Shown here piece after piece: positions 9,094 through 18,487 of a stretch of DNA of 30,509 nt. Source of the DNA: Candidatus Undinarchaeota archaeon (GTDB lineage Archaea > SpSt-1190); the NCBI GenBank assembly GCA_964549355.1, contig CAZJUS010000007.1, positions 1 through 30,509 of the forward strand, written 5' to 3'. The translations under genes were made by a program, and so were the position numbers. Position 1 is the stretch's first letter. Every line of letters begins with the position of its first letter. The notes beneath the pieces are model-generated. The model was not told the DNA's origin. It saw only the letters and a program-made list of their open reading frames with translations, and did not search any database.

Positions 9094-9795
9094 TTATGGA
9101 AAAAGTATGAAGGTTGCTATGAAACCCAATGACATGAAAGGGGCGGAAGGCATGTGACCTTCGAATTTGAAGGAAGCAAGCAGTGAATAAAGCAGAATCC
9201 CCCCAAGAATCCCAACGGTGTTTACCGGGTAAATGAAAAACATCAGCAAAGTCAAAGGAAGTGCTAGCTCATAGACAAAAGGGAATTTTTTGGCGATCAA
9301 GAAAGGGACCGCCATCAAAATCAAAAAAGACAGTCTGAAATTCGGAAGCAGGGGGGCAATAAAAACCGGCAGGAGGTATTCCCTTGAAAATTTGAATTTG
9401 AATTTTATCTTCTTTGAGAAGACAGCTTCAGCAAAAACAAATGCCAGACAGATCCCAAAAAAAGCTACAAAAGGAAAAGCAAAACTGGAATTGCTGTTCG
9501 GATGCAGTAGCGATGCCATCGACACAAAAAATTTTGCATCCCCCGGCCGCCAAAGGCCGAAAAAATAAAGGAAAAGTGAAAATACTGCATAATAAAACAA
9601 ATATCTTAAATAGTTGAAAAATAAGTAGCGGGCTCCTGTTTTAAGAAAAAACAAAGTGTTGAGGGCCAAAGAAGCCAGAAAAATGCGTATGATAAGTGTA
9701 TTCTTGATTCGATGCTCTTTCAAGTCGGTATAGGATGCAATAACTGAAAAAAAGACCACAGCAGGCCCAAACAAAACGTCAGTCGCAGTCAACAC
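9094..9795 (-). CDS. A24 family prepilin/preflagellin peptidase
   Basis: Polytopic membrane protein with both catalytic Asp motifs (SYTDLKEHRIKN and WRPGDAKF) and C-terminal MPSAPFMSLG. Confidence 0.85.
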   Translation of the reverse strand: MLTATDVLFGPAVVFFSVIASYTDLKEHRIKNTLIIRIFLASLALNTLFFLKTGARYLFFNYLRYLFYYAVFSLFLYFFGLWRPGDAKFFVSMASLLHPNSNSSFAFPFVAFFGICLAFVFAEAVFSKKIKFKFKFSREYLLPVFIAPLLPNFRLSFLILMAVPFLIAKKFPFVYELALPLTLLMFFIYPVNTVGILGGILLYSLLASFKFEGHMPSAPFMSLGFIATFILFP

Positions 9796-10129
9796 CCAAA
9801 CTCACCTCATTCTTTCCCTGCGGAAGGATTATGCCCAGCTCTTCCTTTTTTCCGTCGGGTGGGATGGAATCGCGGGTCTGATTATGAAAAGCCAGAAAGC
9901 CAAAATGAAATACATCAACGCTCAGCGTGCAGTTGGCCGGCTCCTCCGCTGAATTATTGACAAAAAAAGAAACCACCGCTTCACGGTCAGATCCTGGAAG
10001 ATTCCTGCCCTCTATGATCTGGATACTTTCAATCTTAAAAGATTCGTGCGGCTCCAAAAACAAAAACATCATCACTGAAAAAAACAGCACAATAAACAGA
10101 GCTGCGTCCAACAACCGCGGTTTAAGCAC
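9779..10129 (-). CDS. Hypothetical protein with N-terminal TM helix and small beta-rich domain
   Basis: Hydrophobic AALFIVLFFSVMMFLFL; two Cys; overlaps the peptidase start by 17 nt. Confidence 0.65.
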   Translation of the reverse strand: MLKPRLLDAALFIVLFFSVMMFLFLEPHESFKIESIQIIEGRNLPGSDREAVVSFFVNNSAEEPANCTLSVDVFHFGFLAFHNQTRDSIPPDGKKEELGIILPQGKNEVSLGVDCD

Positions 10130-10149
10130 TTAAATAACCCTGCACACAG

Positions 10150-10157
10150 TTTAAATA
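10150..10157. promoter_or_regulatory. Putative bidirectional TATA box
   Basis: TTTAAATA with palindromic TTTAAA core; 21-28 nt from the minus-strand start at 10129 and 22-29 nt from the plus-strand start at 10179. Confidence 0.55.
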
Positions 10158-10178
10158 TCCCCCTGGTAAAAACTCTTG

Positions 10179-13100
10179 ATGCTGCGCAGAAGTCTGGCGG
10201 TTTTGCTCCTGTTTGTTTTGATTCTGAACGCCGGCAGGGCTGATATTGCGTATGTCTACATACAAGACCCTTCCAGTGACGTAAGAGTCAATGGCGCAAC
10301 GATGTCCGTCTCTTCAGGGTCAAATTGCCAGACAACCAGTTATAATGCCAGGACTCTGCCAGGTTCGAACACCTGTAGCTGGGAATATAGCTATTCCATT
10401 TGTGACGAAGAGGGGGAATGGAAAGCAAAGATAAATGCATACTCTTATGGTTGCACATCAAGTTCCGGGATTTCATGTTCAAGCCAGGGTTGGAGTAATG
10501 GAGCCGGCAGCTGTTCTTTAGGAGGCAATGACTGTATGGACGCTAATTTAGGGTCCTATGCAACCATCTATTACGTTGATTTTGACAAAGGGAAAGACGA
10601 TACGAGCCCGTATAATGATGCCAGCGGATGGAACTACACAGGCAACTGCTGCAAGGCTGCAGGATATTATTGGAACATTGGCGGAGAATCCTCCGCCACG
10701 AGTTGCTGTGAAGACAGCAATGAAGAGAGGAGAGTCAGTGCATACGATTCTTCAATGGACGGCACTGCCGATGGAACTGATGCATGTTGCTATACTGAAA
10801 ACGGGCCGAAATGTGTGGACGCAAATACCTGTTACAACACGGGCTCAACAAGCCATGATGCCGACGGCGACGGGGACGATGACTACTGCAGTTCTGGAAC
10901 CTGGTATGACTGCAATGCGGACAATACTGAAAGTGAATGCTCAAGCGGGCAATACTGTTCAGGCAATGATTGCGTTGCCAAGAAGGCAAACGGCGCCGCA
11001 TGCACCCATAACGTGCAATGTTCTTCAGGCATCTGCGATTTGGACGGATGCGGACTGTGCGTAAGCACTGCCACTGATACAGACGGAGACGGATACAATG
11101 ACGACTCTTCCTGTGATGCATGCCCCACAGACCCCGACGACCACGGGGGCGCAAGCGGAAGCTGCGAAACCAAAATCGCAGGCCTGATTGTGATGGACGA
11201 CAGAAGCGGTTCCAGCATTGAACTGTACGCAGAAGGAACGCAGTGGACGCCCGACACCGGAGACTTCAGCGAAAAATCCACTGATTCTTTTGAAGGCACT
11301 TATTCAACACACAACCGGGGAAGCTGGGTCCGCAAAAGCACCAGCTACGATACAGCAACATACCCCCGGGTTGTTTTTGCGTACAAAATCGACAACACTG
11401 AAATCGCGTGCCTCATGGTGCATTCGGGTTCGACATGGTATAAAATTGCCGACACCCCGACTACATGCTCCAGTTCGTACTCCAATACCGCCCATGCAGC
11501 GACACTGATAAACGATGGAAAATGGCATGTCGAATCAGTAAACATCAGCGATGTATCGGGCACAGTGGATTGGATAATTTCAGGCGGGACCGGAGACATC
11601 TACCTGGACAATGTCTATGCCATCAAAGACCCTGTCATTTATTCCAAACCCACAAACACACCATCAGCAACACCGGGCACCAAGCTCATTGTTTACTCTG
11701 TATGCACTGATGATGACGGGCCGTCGGACATAGGCAACCACGCCAACCTCATCAATTACCAGGATGATGACAGTTCACCCAACAGAGGTTATTATCATTG
11801 TTCCGGCACAGATGTGGCAGAATATTCCGGGACCACATACGGTCAGCAATATTCAGAACTGTTGACTTCAGAAAGCAGTTGCTGGACCAAGGGCGATGCC
11901 AACATCATGAAAGCCGTACTAAGGACTGAAGGGCAGCCAAGTGAATACGGAGAATATGTGAATGACATCTCACTGAGATGCCAAGGAAGCGGGGAGGCAA
12001 ACTGCTGGAAGCACAACTCCGCAAACAACCGCGTCTATACTGAAGCTGCCACTCCTGCATGTGAAACAACCAACAACAACTATGATGTTGATTTCCAAAC
12101 ATACGACTGCCCTGCTGCAAGCGACGGGGAGGATTACTGCAACGCAACCATGAGCTGTGATGACGGGGACAACCAGGTCTTCATAGGCAAGTGTGAACTC
12201 AAAAAAACGTTGGCAAGAGGGGTCATTGACACCACGGATTATGCGTCCGGGACGGAAAGGGACTTGTCGTTCCTGACTGACATTTCGACCACTTCCGACG
12301 CATGCATAATGTATGATGTTTACGATGCAGAAAGCAGCGGAATATTTGATTTGTACGTCGGAAAAACCAAAGTCGCTGACGCAGAAGGAGGGGGCAATAA
12401 TGTGTGGATGAGGTATAGATTCTACGATGTGTCATCATATGTCAGCACAGGGCAAAACCTGTGGGAATTTGATGATGATGTTTGTTGCCACATATATGAC
12501 AATCTGCTGTTCGGCTGGCTGGTGAGTGAAACAGGAAGCGGTGCAGACGGGTCTTCAAGCACCAGCTGTTGCGATGACTCCACTGATTGCGTCGATGATT
12601 ACGTCAAAAACGAAACATGGGGTTGCTACGACACGGGAACTCAAAGGGATACAGGAGGAGGGGACGGTGCAGATCTCGAAGAATGCAGGAGCGGAGTCTG
12701 GTATGCCCAGGATGATGATTCAACCGCGTGCACCAATATACAAGGGGCAGGCCACTGGAACCTGGGCGGAAACGGAGGGGACAGCAGTGCATGTTGCGGG
12801 GACGATAGCACAGACTATTTAATCACGGAAACTTCCGACAGCGACGCACCCTCGAATTTTGTGGGGACGCAGACCGCGTGCTGCGACACTTCAACGGATT
12901 GTGTCGACGACAGTGATAATTGTGTAGATACAGGCACTGCATACGGGACAGTCCCGCAGAGGGCGTACTGTGCAGGTTCAAACACCTGGCAGGGAGGGGA
13001 CGACAGTAGCACTGCATGCACTGCAATTGCAGGCGCCAGCCACTGGAACAGGGGCGGAGAAGTCGCTGCGACCACCTGCTGCGGAGATGATTCAGGGGAA

Positions 13101-16100
13101 AATCTGAATACTGAAACCCAGGGAACCGACGCGCCTGCCCTGTTTGATGATGGGACTGATGCCTGCTGTGACCTTTCAACGGATTGTGTGGAAGCTGACA
13201 CCTGCTATGCTGATGGGGCGACCACAGGGACTATTCCGAACAAGGGATACTGCAGCAGCGGGTCTTGGCTGGGCGGGGATGCAAGCCAGACTGTATGTGA
13301 TGCAATTGTGGGTGCGAACCACTGGAACAGGGGAGGGGAAGTTGATGCAACCACCTGCTGTGAAGATGACTCGGGGGAGAATTTGAATACTGAAACCCAG
13401 GGGACCGACGCGCCTGCCCTGTTTGATGACGGGACTGATGCCTGCTGTGACCTTTCAACGGATTGTGTGGAAGCTGACACCTGCTATGCTGATGGGGCGA
13501 CCACAGGGACTATTCCAAACAAGGGATACTGTAGCAGTGGAACTTGGTTGGGCGGGGATGCAAGCGAAACTGCATGCACTGCAATTGCAGGCGCGGGCAG
13601 ATGGATGAACTCCAAGTGCTGCGGGGACGAGCCCGCAAGTTCCGAGGACGACTTTGAGAATTCCGGTTCGGGCAACTCCTGCTGTATCGACGGCGTGGTT
13701 GTGTCCAGCGATAGCCTGGCATCAGGGTATGCCAATGAAATCCTGTGCTATGACGGCGAGGCATATTCATGCAACAGGGAATCGGAATTCAGTTTTGATA
13801 CTGATTATATTACTAATGCCAAAGTGGGCAGTCACTACTGCACGGACAGCGGGTGGGACAACAGCGCCCAGACCAACAACGACTACAGCAAAACAGTCTG
13901 CGAAGACAACGGCAACACCTGGTTCGGCGGCGAGAGTGAAGAGGCCTGCTGCGAATCCGGAGAAACCTTTGTTGCAGAGTTCGTGCCGGAGGACGGCATC
14001 GCCGCCAAATTCAAATTTGATGAGGGGACGGGGACCGCGGCATACTACAGGCCGGGCGGACTGATGGGAACTGTAAGCAGTGCAACATGGGAGGCGGGGC
14101 GGACTGTAAGCGGGAAGGCCCTGCGGTTTGACGGGGTCAACGACTATGTCGAAATCCAGGACTACCCTGAAATGAAGCTGGACCAGAATCTGACGCTGGC
14201 ATTTTGGATGTACCCTGAGTCGGTCGGGACATCAAGGCAGAATCCGCTGGACAAAAGCTATGGCGGGGAGTTTGCGCTCACACTTGAAAATTCTGCAAAC
14301 GGCGTCGGAAAAATGCATTATTATCACGGAACGGCCAGGAGTGGAGGAAACTACTGGACATGGACTGCTTTTGAAACAGGCAACTTCACCAACAACACTT
14401 GGTATTTTGTGGCAATCACGCGGAACAATGCAACCCATGAAATGAAAAGCTATAAGAACGGGAAGTTGATGGCATCCACCACCTATTCGCTGGAGAATGC
14501 ACGGATTCCCAGCACAAGCACGTACCCTGTGACAATAGGATACGGCTATGCAGGAGGCTTTGTAGGCGTCATCGATGAGGTTATGATTTTCAACCGCACC
14601 CTCAGCGAAGACGAAATTGACATCCTGTACCGGAGCTACCCTGAAGCAAACCAGATGGACCTGAAAGGCTATTGGCCGTTCAACGATAATATGAATGACT
14701 ACTCTGCATATTCAAACACCCTGACCAACAACGGTGCGACCTTCGTGACGGGGAAGGAAGGCAGCGCGTTGAACTTTGCCTACGACGGCACATACAAATA
14801 CGCAACAGTAACCGACAGCTCCCTCGACATCACTGACGACATCACTCTCACCATGTGGGTGAAGCCCGACATAAACACCGCAGATGACACGGGAAGCACA
14901 TGGTGGCATATCTTCGCCAGGATGGAAGGGGCCAAGTTCGAATCCGGCTACTACGGCACAGCAGGGCCACGGTTCAAGCCGTACAATGATGCAGGGAGCA
15001 CTTTCGATACAAACGCGGGGCTTGACCTTGACGCGGGCACATGGTATTTTGTGGGTTTTGTCAAGAACGGGAGCTCAGTAGGGGTTTATGTAAACGGCAG
15101 ACTGGAAGCGCAGAGGAATGACTTCACGGGGACTTTGAAAAGCGGGACCCAGCTGAATATAGGAGGCCTCGCAACACAGGGCAACTTCAACGGAAGCATC
15201 GACGACTTCAGGATATACGGCCAGGCCCTCTCCCCATCGGAAATTCAATTTTTGTACCAGCAGGAAAAATGGCAGAAGTACGCCTGCGAATCAGGGGCAA
15301 AAACGGAATGCTCCGGCAGCACATGCGCCAACACATCATCAAAAGGCTCCTACTACTACTGCGTTGAAGGCACCTTCAAAAAATACAGCATGGTGCAGGA
15401 TGACTGCCAGACTGCCTGCGAAGCATACGGAGGCATATGGAAAGGAAAAGGCGGCGATGAAAACTGCTGTTCGCCGTTGCAGAGCTACGAGGCATGGTGC
15501 GACGGAACAGGCAGCGTCTGTTCGGGAGGCACATACGCAACCTGCGATGAATGGTGCGACATCAATGGAGGGACCATAGGCGGGTACACATGCACCAGCG
15601 ACAGGGACTACGACTGCTCCTCAATAGGCTCGTGCTCAGAAGGAGTGTGCCCATGCGCCCTGTCGTCGACCAAGACGTGCACCGACGACAGCCAATGCGG
15701 GGACGGCAACTGCGTTAGCTTCAAGAATGCCGGCGTGGACGCTTCAATGGGGAGCTGGGGGGACACGCCGTCAGACGCCGAAAGCATCTGCTGCGAGGCC
15801 AACGCCTGCGTATACGACAGCGACGGCAACGGCTTCATCGACAGCTGTGCGGTGAATGGAACGGACAATATTGATGTGGACGGGGATGGGGACTCTGATT
15901 TCTGCTACGAGGGGACATGGAGGGAATGCCTCGACTACTCCGCAGAAAACAGCCTCGCATCCGACTGCGCCTGCTCCCTCGGCTCCATGGCAGTGGACAG
16001 CGGGGGATGGGTCTGCAGGGTTTCGCCGGTCGATACAGGGGCCATATCGTGCGGCAGTCCGTGCGACAGCGACTCAAATTCAGGGACAGAGGAAATGGTG

Positions 16101-18053
16101 GACAGGAGCGGGCTGTGCAACCTTGTGCCGGATGTGTGCACCAACTCATGGTACACTGCAACGTGGGAGGGCAACACCAGCCTGCTGGATGTGCAGGTGA
16201 ATATCTCCTGCCCGTGCAATTCATACGCCTACTGCAATGTGAGCGTCGGCGGGGATTCGGGTGTGGTCTATGCAGGGGGCTTCACAGCGCCGAACGGCGA
16301 ACTGACGCACCATGTATTCAATCCAAATCTCAATTACAATTACAACAATGTGAGCATCAACTGCAGCTGCTACGGTGTGGGCCAGGAATGCAGGAGGGAG
16401 CTGGACCCTGCCTTCGTGCTGACTGAAGAAACCATAAACCCCCAGCTGTGCCTGGCGGGCCAGTCCTGCCTGACTTCAATAAGCATCGAAAACACAGGCA
16501 GCGTCAAGGCATTCTACAACCTGACCATGAACACAAGCGTCCAGTCCAGCAAGGCCACCAACACCAGTGCAGGCTATGCAGGGGCCGGCGAAACCAGCAC
16601 AGAAGAGTTCTACAACAAATGGTCCTGCTCGGACGTCGTGCCCACCTGGCAGAGCCTGAAGAACTATACTGCAATCAATTACGATTACGCCCTGGACCTG
16701 GCCGATGTCTCATATGTAAAGAACGGGTCCGGGACGGGGTGGCTTGTCCAGTGCAACAGCGTGACCGACTGCCAGACCTGCTACTCCAGCGAAGGCAACT
16801 ACTGGGCTTTTGGAGCTGCCAGCAACTTCAGCTGTTCGGACAATGTCTGTTGCGGGAGCGGGGAGCATTTCATGAACGGCGCCTGCTGCACGTCCAACCA
16901 GCAGTGCTGTCTGACTGACGACGTCTGCGACAGTGGCGAGTGGTGCGACAATTACACTTCAACCGGAGGCTATTCAGGCAAATACTATCAGGGCCAGTTC
17001 TACTGCACAGATACCAAGGGCGACGGCTCCGCATGCTATGAGGACAGGGAGTGCATCAACAGCTGGTGCGGTGGCGGGATATGCGCGGACTCCAATCCGG
17101 TCCCGCTGAGCGAATGGTTCGAATGCAAACCCCAGGTAAGCGGCATACTCTGCGACTATGAAGCCGCCGGCTCGGGGCCGAAAGGGTGCAACGGAGACTC
17201 ATACTGCTCCGAAGGCAGTTTCTGCTATACCCCCAGGCATGCCTGCCTGCAGTGCCCCCGCGCGGACTCTGAGTTTGGAGGCATAAACATGAGCAAGGAC
17301 GGCCTCTGCCCGTCGTCCAACTGCGTTGGGTACGACTTCGACTGCTGTGTGGCCGATGCCAACTGCTCCAGCACCAACTGGTGCGACGCAACCAGCACCT
17401 GCAGGGCCTGCTCGACGCAGAAGGACGTCATATGCTCAAGCTCAAACTGCGTGGGGATAGACCCGGACTGCTGTTCAACCGCCGCCGACTGCGCTTCGGG
17501 GGAGGAGTGCAGTGGCGGGACCTGCATCGGCAACGTCGGGGAGGACTGCAACAGCGACTCCGACTGCACATCGGGGCTTGAATGCGTGGGCGGCACCTGC
17601 CTCAGCAGGAATTTCATGACCATAGTGCCCGAAGCCCCTGCCAGCGGCTACTACAACGCAAGCGTAGGGGACATACTCAAGTACACCATACTGGTGGCCA
17701 ACCCCCAGCAGACGGAAGACACCTTCACTGTCCAAATCTCCACCTCGACCGGCCATGACGCGGGCTTCGCCCGGATAGACAATGACATGAGCAGGACCTT
17801 CAGGCTTGGCTCGGGCAGCACTGAGAAGCTCCTGCTGACTGTCTTCGCCGGAAGGCAGGCCCTGGCACCCTCGGACGCGCTTACAATAGTGCTCAAGGCC
17901 AACAGCACCTCCAATACACTGCTCGGCGACAGCATTACCGTCAAAATCGATGTCAAATCCAAGCTGGCGGAAGGCATGCCGAAAGCTCCGGCTTCGCCTG
18001 CCCTGCTCCTCCTGCTGGCGGGGCTTGCAATTGGTTTGGCAACTTTAAGGTAA
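10179..18053 (+). CDS. Giant Cys-rich cell-surface protein with two LamG-like domains, 93-aa repeats and C-terminal membrane anchor
   Basis: Signal peptide (RRSLAVLLLFVLILNAGRA). LamG signatures at ~14001-14630 (ALRFDGVNDYV...FVGVIDEVMIFNRTLS) and ~14661-15257 (GYWPFN...FNGSIDDFRIYGQALS). DxDxDG motifs, many CC and CxxxxxC modules, C-terminal LLLLLAGLAIGLA. Alternative TTG start at 10176. Confidence 0.9.
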   Translation: MLRRSLAVLLLFVLILNAGRADIAYVYIQDPSSDVRVNGATMSVSSGSNCQTTSYNARTLPGSNTCSWEYSYSICDEEGEWKAKINAYSYGCTSSSGISCSSQGWSNGAGSCSLGGNDCMDANLGSYATIYYVDFDKGKDDTSPYNDASGWNYTGNCCKAAGYYWNIGGESSATSCCEDSNEERRVSAYDSSMDGTADGTDACCYTENGPKCVDANTCYNTGSTSHDADGDGDDDYCSSGTWYDCNADNTESECSSGQYCSGNDCVAKKANGAACTHNVQCSSGICDLDGCGLCVSTATDTDGDGYNDDSSCDACPTDPDDHGGASGSCETKIAGLIVMDDRSGSSIELYAEGTQWTPDTGDFSEKSTDSFEGTYSTHNRGSWVRKSTSYDTATYPRVVFAYKIDNTEIACLMVHSGSTWYKIADTPTTCSSSYSNTAHAATLINDGKWHVESVNISDVSGTVDWIISGGTGDIYLDNVYAIKDPVIYSKPTNTPSATPGTKLIVYSVCTDDDGPSDIGNHANLINYQDDDSSPNRGYYHCSGTDVAEYSGTTYGQQYSELLTSESSCWTKGDANIMKAVLRTEGQPSEYGEYVNDISLRCQGSGEANCWKHNSANNRVYTEAATPACETTNNNYDVDFQTYDCPAASDGEDYCNATMSCDDGDNQVFIGKCELKKTLARGVIDTTDYASGTERDLSFLTDISTTSDACIMYDVYDAESSGIFDLYVGKTKVADAEGGGNNVWMRYRFYDVSSYVSTGQNLWEFDDDVCCHIYDNLLFGWLVSETGSGADGSSSTSCCDDSTDCVDDYVKNETWGCYDTGTQRDTGGGDGADLEECRSGVWYAQDDDSTACTNIQGAGHWNLGGNGGDSSACCGDDSTDYLITETSDSDAPSNFVGTQTACCDTSTDCVDDSDNCVDTGTAYGTVPQRAYCAGSNTWQGGDDSSTACTAIAGASHWNRGGEVAATTCCGDDSGENLNTETQGTDAPALFDDGTDACCDLSTDCVEADTCYADGATTGTIPNKGYCSSGSWLGGDASQTVCDAIVGANHWNRGGEVDATTCCEDDSGENLNTETQGTDAPALFDDGTDACCDLSTDCVEADTCYADGATTGTIPNKGYCSSGTWLGGDASETACTAIAGAGRWMNSKCCGDEPASSEDDFENSGSGNSCCIDGVVVSSDSLASGYANEILCYDGEAYSCNRESEFSFDTDYITNAKVGSHYCTDSGWDNSAQTNNDYSKTVCEDNGNTWFGGESEEACCESGETFVAEFVPEDGIAAKFKFDEGTGTAAYYRPGGLMGTVSSATWEAGRTVSGKALRFDGVNDYVEIQDYPEMKLDQNLTLAFWMYPESVGTSRQNPLDKSYGGEFALTLENSANGVGKMHYYHGTARSGGNYWTWTAFETGNFTNNTWYFVAITRNNATHEMKSYKNGKLMASTTYSLENARIPSTSTYPVTIGYGYAGGFVGVIDEVMIFNRTLSEDEIDILYRSYPEANQMDLKGYWPFNDNMNDYSAYSNTLTNNGATFVTGKEGSALNFAYDGTYKYATVTDSSLDITDDITLTMWVKPDINTADDTGSTWWHIFARMEGAKFESGYYGTAGPRFKPYNDAGSTFDTNAGLDLDAGTWYFVGFVKNGSSVGVYVNGRLEAQRNDFTGTLKSGTQLNIGGLATQGNFNGSIDDFRIYGQALSPSEIQFLYQQEKWQKYACESGAKTECSGSTCANTSSKGSYYYCVEGTFKKYSMVQDDCQTACEAYGGIWKGKGGDENCCSPLQSYEAWCDGTGSVCSGGTYATCDEWCDINGGTIGGYTCTSDRDYDCSSIGSCSEGVCPCALSSTKTCTDDSQCGDGNCVSFKNAGVDASMGSWGDTPSDAESICCEANACVYDSDGNGFIDSCAVNGTDNIDVDGDGDSDFCYEGTWRECLDYSAENSLASDCACSLGSMAVDSGGWVCRVSPVDTGAISCGSPCDSDSNSGTEEMVDRSGLCNLVPDVCTNSWYTATWEGNTSLLDVQVNISCPCNSYAYCNVSVGGDSGVVYAGGFTAPNGELTHHVFNPNLNYNYNNVSINCSCYGVGQECRRELDPAFVLTEETINPQLCLAGQSCLTSISIENTGSVKAFYNLTMNTSVQSSKATNTSAGYAGAGETSTEEFYNKWSCSDVVPTWQSLKNYTAINYDYALDLADVSYVKNGSGTGWLVQCNSVTDCQTCYSSEGNYWAFGAASNFSCSDNVCCGSGEHFMNGACCTSNQQCCLTDDVCDSGEWCDNYTSTGGYSGKYYQGQFYCTDTKGDGSACYEDRECINSWCGGGICADSNPVPLSEWFECKPQVSGILCDYEAAGSGPKGCNGDSYCSEGSFCYTPRHACLQCPRADSEFGGINMSKDGLCPSSNCVGYDFDCCVADANCSSTNWCDATSTCRACSTQKDVICSSSNCVGIDPDCCSTAADCASGEECSGGTCIGNVGEDCNSDSDCTSGLECVGGTCLSRNFMTIVPEAPASGYYNASVGDILKYTILVANPQQTEDTFTVQISTSTGHDAGFARIDNDMSRTFRLGSGSTEKLLLTVFAGRQALAPSDALTIVLKANSTSNTLLGDSITVKIDVKSKLAEGMPKAPASPALLLLLAGLAIGLATLR
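13041..13598 (+). repeat. Tandem intragenic duplication, 279-bp period (2 near-identical copies)
   Basis: cactggaaca at 13041 and 13320; ctgaaaccca at 13111 and 13390; the core differs only at synonymous positions. Confidence 0.92.
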
Positions 18054-18084
18054 AAACTTATAATTAACTCGATAGTAACTTTGC

Positions 18085-18480
18085 ATGGGCATAGTCAGAA
18101 AGATACTCGGCGACGAGAAGCTTACAAAAACGGAACTTATTTCCATGAAAGACGAAGAAACCAGAGAGGATTCGAGCGCTTTTGAATCTTCCAGCAGTTT
18201 TGAAAAGAGGGAGGGCTCAGGCGAAAAAATCACAACCGAAGATTTGATTCCAAAGGGCATTGAGATGTTCGTCAGGCTGGACGACTACAAGAGCATAGTG
18301 AACCAGCTGAAGAGGCTCGATGGGGTCATTGAACGCTTGGAGGAGCTTGAAAAATCCCACTCTGAAATTCAGGAGATAAACGACAGATTCGTTGAACAGC
18401 TGGAGCACGCTCTGAGCGAGATGGAAGAAGTCAAGGAAGGCCTCGGCGAAAACCTGAAAATTCAGGACAAAAGATTCTAA
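18085..18480 (+). CDS. Hypothetical acidic coiled-coil protein
   Basis: 131 aa; 'MFVRLDDYKSIV' followed by a heptad-like helical C-terminal half; TTATAATT about 25 nt upstream. Confidence 0.75.
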   Translation: MGIVRKILGDEKLTKTELISMKDEETREDSSAFESSSSFEKREGSGEKITTEDLIPKGIEMFVRLDDYKSIVNQLKRLDGVIERLEELEKSHSEIQEINDRFVEQLEHALSEMEEVKEGLGENLKIQDKRF

Positions 18481-18487
18481 TGCTTGA

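Noticed and set aside
13041..13598. Possible DGR template/variable repeat pair
   Set aside because: Differences are synonymous third-position changes, not adenine-specific; both copies are tandem and in frame; no reverse transcriptase in the window.
10288..17977. Many 60-170-aa alternative-frame and antisense ORFs inside the giant gene
   Set aside because: Expected by-products of biased codon usage; the duplicated ones simply mirror the 279-bp repeat.
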